Shown here: positions 59,127 through 64,000 of the stretch, piece by piece
Numbering within the stretch: the stretch's first letter is position 1
How the letters are laid out: each line of letters starts with the position of its first letter
DNA from: Clostridia bacterium
GTDB lineage: Bacteria; Bacillota; Clostridia; Christensenellales; DTU072
NCBI GenBank assembly: GCA_045535785.1
Contig: JAZSMH010000060.1
Coordinates: 2,560-66,559 of the forward strand
Length of the DNA: 64,000 bases
Direction of reading: 5' to 3'
Notes under the pieces: model-generated
The model's input: the letters and a program-made list of their open reading frames with translations, nothing else
The model's database searches: none
Told to the model about the DNA's origin: nothing
Program-made: the position numbers and the translations under genes

Positions 59127-62100
59127 TTATGCTACTACAACGTTGGTAACGGTTGAATATTGATTCCAAGATGCGTTAAGTCCGTTGTTCATTGAAGCAG
59201 CGGTATCGAATATAACTTCTAGTTTGTTGTCGGGTGATCTTCCGTAGAAGACGTCTTGACCTAACATGATAGCGTTGGTTGCGCTCTTTATAGTTAAGGT
59301 AGTGAGTGATGCGCAACTTGCGAATGCGCCGTTACCTATGATCACTAATTCGGAGGCATCGTTTATATAAACTTTTTGCACGGTGCTACCGTTGAAGGCG
59401 TCAGCGAGAATGAATTTTACCTTTGTATTAATAACGATATTGACGAGTTTACCTTGCTTGTCTACGATTAGCATGCTGTCGTAAGCCTTAACCGCATAGT
59501 AATCGCCTTCTGTCACTACATTACCTAATTCATCGTAAAGCACTGCCTTCCCGTCTTCTTTCTTATCATAATTAGCGGAGCTATAGGTGCCTACGCCTAG
59601 GATGATGCTTACGTTATTACCGTTGTTATCGGTATATTGCGTAGCAATAACTCCATAGTGCTCTGCCATATAATAAAAACTTTCTTTTAGCACGTCTTTG
59701 CCGATTGCGTTCAATACGCTACCACTTTCTATTCTAAAATCTTTCAACAACGTACAGCCGAAGAAGGCTTTTTCACCCAGAGTAGCAACACTCTTGGGTA
59801 CGGTGAACACGCCTATTTCGCTCCCCATAGTGCTGATTGCTGATTGATAGAACGCGTAGTCGCCTATGCTAGTCAATGCTTCTACACCGCTGATTTGTGT
59901 TAAATAAGTGCTCGCAAAGAATGCATCTTGACCTATTGCGGTCGTGCCCTCTAGTAGTTGGTAAGACGTAAGGGCTGTATCTTGCTTGGAAAAACCTATT
60001 ATGGTCTTACTGCCACTTGCGTTATACGTAACGCTAGAATATCTACCTACTACGCTAGCATAAGGGGAAGCATCCCATTGATAAAGCGCTTTATCTCCGT
60101 CCAAAATTACGTAGTCGAGTGCGCTTTCACCCGTCTTAGGCGCGGTACGCTCGAAGGTGTCGATATAGCAATTCTTGAACGCGCCTTCTTCAACAAAATA
60201 GAGATTAAGCGGTATTATTACTTTGCTTATTTTTGCACTATATCTACTGAAAGCGTTTTGTTTGATACCTATTACGGGGTGCGTTTCTTTTTGGTAATAC
60301 GTAGTATATTCGTCAAAAATGCCACCTGCTTGAACGTACGCCTTGCCTGAAAGAACGAAGAACTGTGTAAACGCGGTATCCCATTGTCCTAGGTTGAATT
60401 TTTCTTTAGCCAAACTAGTGCGGTCAACGTACTTATCGATAGTCCCGGGAATTTGTATTTCTATATTGCCGTCGCCACCGATAATCGTAGGAATGTCACC
60501 GTTATCGTTACGCGTAACGTAATAGTAATCACTGCTAGCATAGCCGGCGTTTTGATACTCAGCTGCAGAGGTTAAGTCTACTAGCACGTATGCAGTAGTA
60601 CCGTCAGCGTCGACCTCTTCGTACACTAAACCTTCGGTACCCTTGGTTATGTCCGTCCATTTTGCATATAACTTGACGTCACTACCTACGATAATCTCGC
60701 CGAAATCAAAGTTCATGCTATAGAGATTGACGTAAGCTGAATCGGTGTACCATCCGCTAAAGCTGAACTTTTGTTCGCCGATAGTGATATTGTATTCGTA
60801 CGCAATATTTAAGTAATATTCCGACGTCTCGTACTTGGGCGTATATTCGGGAGCGGAGTATATATCTTCGTTATTTTCTCTCAAATTGAAGAAATTAACG
60901 TAATTCTCTAACGCGAATGCGGATATAGCAACGCTCAAATAGTCGCTACTGGATACGTATGCTGAATCTACGTGTTGACTTACTCCGCTGAATCCTGTGA
61001 TTGCGGACGTTACGTGATTCTTGTCGTATAGTGACGACGTAAGAAGGACGTAATCGGATATAAATTCGTCCACACCACCCAAAAGCTCTTGTACGGAGTT
61101 CGTGTAGCCTGCGTCTACTAATGCCGAATAAATATTGGGATAAATATTCTTGTTATCTTCGATAAACGCGGTAAAATCGGTGATAGAAAGGGATGAGCCG
61201 TATCCGCCGAAGAACTTATTGTTGAGCATATAGTCGTACTCTGCGTCGGTGTAGGTGTAGTTATGGTCGTAGACGGTTTGTTTTACGTCTTCGTAAACTT
61301 TAAGCATAGCGAGAAGAACTTTTCTTACCGCCACCATGTTATCTACCGTGCCGAATTTGTTGAGTAAGTATCCGTACGTGCCTGTAACTTCACCACCGCT
61401 AACGTTATAACTGCCTAAATATTGGTCTTGGTAGAATTGGTTACCTAAGAATCTATTGTAATAGGTTTGACCACTCAAAATGCTACCGTCGGCGTTTTGT
61501 TTGCCCTTGTATACCATATCCATATCGAATATGGAGCCTGCCGGCAATACGTAAGAGATGGTCTCCGGCTGTACTGCGTGAGCGGAATACTCTTCTTTGC
61601 CTATATACGCGGTGCTTTGGGTATTGTCGTAAAGTTTTATCGTGTACGTAGTGTTACATTCGTAATGCGCGTAGTAATAGACGGAGGACGTGCGCTTGGA
61701 GAAGTTAGAAAGCGCCGTACCGCGATAACCTGTTTTTAGATATACCGAATAAGGTACGTCGAACCAACCTGTGAAGGCGTAAGGAAGCTCTTTTCCGTTA
61801 AGGGTGGTGGATATAGAAGGAATCTTACCACTTAAAGGCTCTACAACACTTTCGTTCTCTTTAACCACGTTGTAAGAAATTCCGTTATAGCTAAAGGTGT
61901 TGAAATCGAAATTGTAATAGAAATAGACGTCGTAAATTCTGTTGTCGGTGTTTTGACAATAGACGTTCTTGCTTTCCTTTACTTCAACGGTACCGCCGTT
62001 AGAAAAATCTACGTTGGTTTCTTCCGTGAGTGCGCTACTTGTGTACCACTTAATCGTCCAGTCGTCTTTGTTGTCGATAGTGGAATAGTAACCGCCTGCG

Positions 62101-63830
62101 TATTCTTTGTAGGTGGCGTTCGTGTTCTCGATAAGGTAGAACTGTTCTAGCTCTGCTCTATCACCGTTCTTGACGTCGTAGATAGCGGTCTTGTCGTTAA
62201 GCGAAGCATTGACCACCTCGTAGCCTGTTACGTCCTTGGTGGGAAGTGGATTGTAGCTATAATTGTCATACGGGTTAAAGTCGGTGTAATACTTAACCTC
62301 GAAATTGACTAATCTCGTCTGTTGTCCACTCATGATGCGGAAAAGACTTACAGTATATTTACGCTTGACGTATTTTGCTTTGACGGTGATTTCACCCTTT
62401 ATCTCGGTGAGAATCTTGTTCCTTACGCGCGCGACGTAATTGCCTTCGCCGTCGTAAAGCGTCCAGTTGCTCGTGCCTTCGTTCTCTTTCCACTCTTGCT
62501 CAATAAAAGATTCGGTCTCGTCGTTCCAGATATAGCCTGCGGAGTTGTACCAAATCTCGGTGCCGTCTTCTAGCGTGACGATGAAGCACCATTGAGAGGT
62601 GTAACCGTTGATGCCGTCGCTGTCATAAAGTCTAGCAGGCTCGCTAAGGTTAGGATCTTGGGTGTATTCGTTAAAGTCGAAGCCCGTATTCCACTCTACC
62701 GAGAAGTTACGTGCAACGTCGGGATTCTCGTAAATGCGCTCTAGGCTAATATTGCCACTCTTGAGATCTGCCTCCGTCTGGTTAACTCTACCGTTGTAGA
62801 TAATGATATCGTAAGTAACGATAGTAAAGTATGCGCAAATGGTGGTATAGTCTTCGGTAAGAATGACTTTGCGGTCGGTGGGAATCTCGTTGAAGGTGGT
62901 TTCGTCCTCGTCTTCGCTATGGTTAACGTAATATACCCAACGCGACAAATAGCCTTCTTTGGTAGGAAGGGTGTATTCGTCGAGGTTAACTATCTCGCCA
63001 TAGTCATAGGTACGTTCTACGTCCACTACGGCACCGCTGGTGTTCAAGTAAGAAATCTTGACAGTACACTTATCTACAACGAAGCTTGCTTTTACGATAA
63101 GGTCTACGGTGACTTCATTGGGATCGCCGTTAGTAACGTTCCAACCGACGAAGGTCTTGCCTACGGGGGTAAGAGGATAACTAAACGCGTTGACGTCTAT
63201 GCTTTCGCCATAGTGCACGTCTTGTGTATAGAGAATAGTGTTGTCCTCGTCGTAGAAGTTGACTTTACAAATACGGTTATCTATCCACTTAGCGTAAAAA
63301 GAGGTGTTGGCAGTAAGTGTGTAAGGCTCTACCGCCTTGTCGCCATTGTACGCCATATCGGTATACCAACCGTCGAAGGTGTATCCTTCTCTATGCGGTA
63401 CGCCGAAAGCGGTGATAACCGAAGTGGTTACGCTAGGTACGGCTGAACCGCCGAGTGAATAGAACTGTGCTAGATATTCGGTCTTGGGCGCAACTGCAAC
63501 TACCTCGATTTGTAAAGGTAATTGCTTGCCTAAATAGTTAATAACGACAGTGTGCGTACCCACGGTGAAGAATTTGTATGCGTCTTCGTCCGATAGCATG
63601 GTGTCGTTAAGAGTGACGATCTTGGAAGTGTCGTCCGAATAGTTGACCGAAAAAGTGATTTCCGCAAGGTTAATATTCTCACCGAGAACGTACGCTCCGT
63701 CATGCGTGGTAACCAAAGTAAGAGATTCTAGAACGGTCTCTTCTTCTGCTTGGTTACAAGCCACGATAGATATGGCGATGCAAACTGCCATGAGCGATAT
63801 TATTAGTATAAGCGGAATACGTTTTTTCAT
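59127..63830 (-). CDS. Giant surface lipoprotein with Listeria-Bacteroides repeats and BspA-type leucine-rich repeats
   Basis: Lipobox IVAC. It contains YTFDGWYTDMAYNGDK...FYAKW and FSGWYTDSAY...LYAKW. LRR_5-like units are IKQNAFS..., IGQDAFF..., IGDYAFY..., LGEKAFFGC... and IGNGAFASC. Confidence 0.8.
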   Translation of the reverse strand: MKKRIPLILIISLMAVCIAISIVACNQAEEETVLESLTLVTTHDGAYVLGENINLAEITFSVNYSDDTSKIVTLNDTMLSDEDAYKFFTVGTHTVVINYLGKQLPLQIEVVAVAPKTEYLAQFYSLGGSAVPSVTTSVITAFGVPHREGYTFDGWYTDMAYNGDKAVEPYTLTANTSFYAKWIDNRICKVNFYDEDNTILYTQDVHYGESIDVNAFSYPLTPVGKTFVGWNVTNGDPNEVTVDLIVKASFVVDKCTVKISYLNTSGAVVDVERTYDYGEIVNLDEYTLPTKEGYLSRWVYYVNHSEDEDETTFNEIPTDRKVILTEDYTTICAYFTIVTYDIIIYNGRVNQTEADLKSGNISLERIYENPDVARNFSVEWNTGFDFNEYTQDPNLSEPARLYDSDGINGYTSQWCFIVTLEDGTEIWYNSAGYIWNDETESFIEQEWKENEGTSNWTLYDGEGNYVARVRNKILTEIKGEITVKAKYVKRKYTVSLFRIMSGQQTRLVNFEVKYYTDFNPYDNYSYNPLPTKDVTGYEVVNASLNDKTAIYDVKNGDRAELEQFYLIENTNATYKEYAGGYYSTIDNKDDWTIKWYTSSALTEETNVDFSNGGTVEVKESKNVYCQNTDNRIYDVYFYYNFDFNTFSYNGISYNVVKENESVVEPLSGKIPSISTTLNGKELPYAFTGWFDVPYSVYLKTGYRGTALSNFSKRTSSVYYYAHYECNTTYTIKLYDNTQSTAYIGKEEYSAHAVQPETISYVLPAGSIFDMDMVYKGKQNADGSILSGQTYYNRFLGNQFYQDQYLGSYNVSGGEVTGTYGYLLNKFGTVDNMVAVRKVLLAMLKVYEDVKQTVYDHNYTYTDAEYDYMLNNKFFGGYGSSLSITDFTAFIEDNKNIYPNIYSALVDAGYTNSVQELLGGVDEFISDYVLLTSSLYDKNHVTSAITGFSGVSQHVDSAYVSSSDYLSVAISAFALENYVNFFNLRENNEDIYSAPEYTPKYETSEYYLNIAYEYNITIGEQKFSFSGWYTDSAYVNLYSMNFDFGEIIVGSDVKLYAKWTDITKGTEGLVYEEVDADGTTAYVLVDLTSAAEYQNAGYASSDYYYVTRNDNGDIPTIIGGDGNIEIQIPGTIDKYVDRTSLAKEKFNLGQWDTAFTQFFVLSGKAYVQAGGIFDEYTTYYQKETHPVIGIKQNAFSRYSAKISKVIIPLNLYFVEEGAFKNCYIDTFERTAPKTGESALDYVILDGDKALYQWDASPYASVVGRYSSVTYNASGSKTIIGFSKQDTALTSYQLLEGTTAIGQDAFFASTYLTQISGVEALTSIGDYAFYQSAISTMGSEIGVFTVPKSVATLGEKAFFGCTLLKDFRIESGSVLNAIGKDVLKESFYYMAEHYGVIATQYTDNNGNNVSIILGVGTYSSANYDKKEDGKAVLYDELGNVVTEGDYYAVKAYDSMLIVDKQGKLVNIVINTKVKFILADAFNGSTVQKVYINDASELVIIGNGAFASCASLTTLTIKSATNAIMLGQDVFYGRSPDNKLEVIFDTAASMNNGLNASWNQYSTVTNVVVA

Positions 63831-63898
63831 CGGAAAACCTCACAATAATCGGTATATGTTATTAGAATAACATATAGAACCCATTGTGTCAAGTACAA

Positions 63899-63944
63899 TA
63901 AAAAATCGCGGGTGAATTATTCTCTTCCGCGATTAGATTTTTTT
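63899..63944. terminator. Hairpin AATCGCGG-N15-CCGCGATT with T-runs on both strands
   Basis: Read directly from the sequence. It probably terminates a gene beyond the window edge. Confidence 0.4.
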
Positions 63945-64000
63945 GCTAAACTATTAGACGTTCGTCTAAAATTGCCTATTCTTTCGTCTAAAATATTATT

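Overview
This is a 64-kb chromosomal window from a low-GC, Gram-positive-type bacterium. I infer Bacillota/Clostridia-like from gene content: FtsX/MacB-type ABC transporter, Listeria-Bacteroides-repeat and BspA-type LRR surface proteins, and the standard genetic code. No rRNA genes and no CRISPR array were seen.

The window splits into two parts.

(1) Positions ~1-17.4 kb are visibly more AT-rich and look like mobile DNA stacked at a tRNA-Ser(GGA) gene.
- An integrated island of about 13.8 kb (3553-17392) is bounded by a 23-bp direct repeat of the tRNA 3' end.
- The island carries an intact large serine recombinase, a Mob/Pre-like gene and a sigma-region-4 HTH gene.
- It also carries a restriction-modification module with three DPPY methyltransferase domains (a FokI-methylase-like double-domain fusion plus a third methyltransferase) and a convergent PD-(D/E)xK-type nuclease candidate.
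- Divergent from the R-M module is a two-gene operon: a 1278-aa protein with an N-terminal XRE HTH and no recognisable NTPase motif, followed by a DUF4238-like protein. This operon is my best candidate for an undescribed defence-type system.
- Left of the island (1-3552) is a decayed older element with a sigma/anti-sigma pair, membrane ORFs and a truncated serine-recombinase fragment.

(2) Positions 17.5-64 kb are ordinary chromosome.
- Housekeeping genes: metallophosphoesterase, CDF transporter, glycerate kinase, leuB, a type IIA topoisomerase A/B pair, a GH36 alpha-galactosidase, coaX, hom, tRNA-Glu(CUC), a MacB-like ABC operon, an RluA-family synthase, a frameshifted type I asparaginase, proS and pdxK.
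- Also present are several lipoproteins and two giant repeat-rich surface proteins (1726 and 1567 aa).
- Smaller oddities: tandem duplications next to tRNA-Glu and at the 3' end of a glycosidase-like gene, two consensus promoters placed for leaderless mRNAs, and several strong hairpins.

All functional calls rest on motif recognition by eye. No database search was run.
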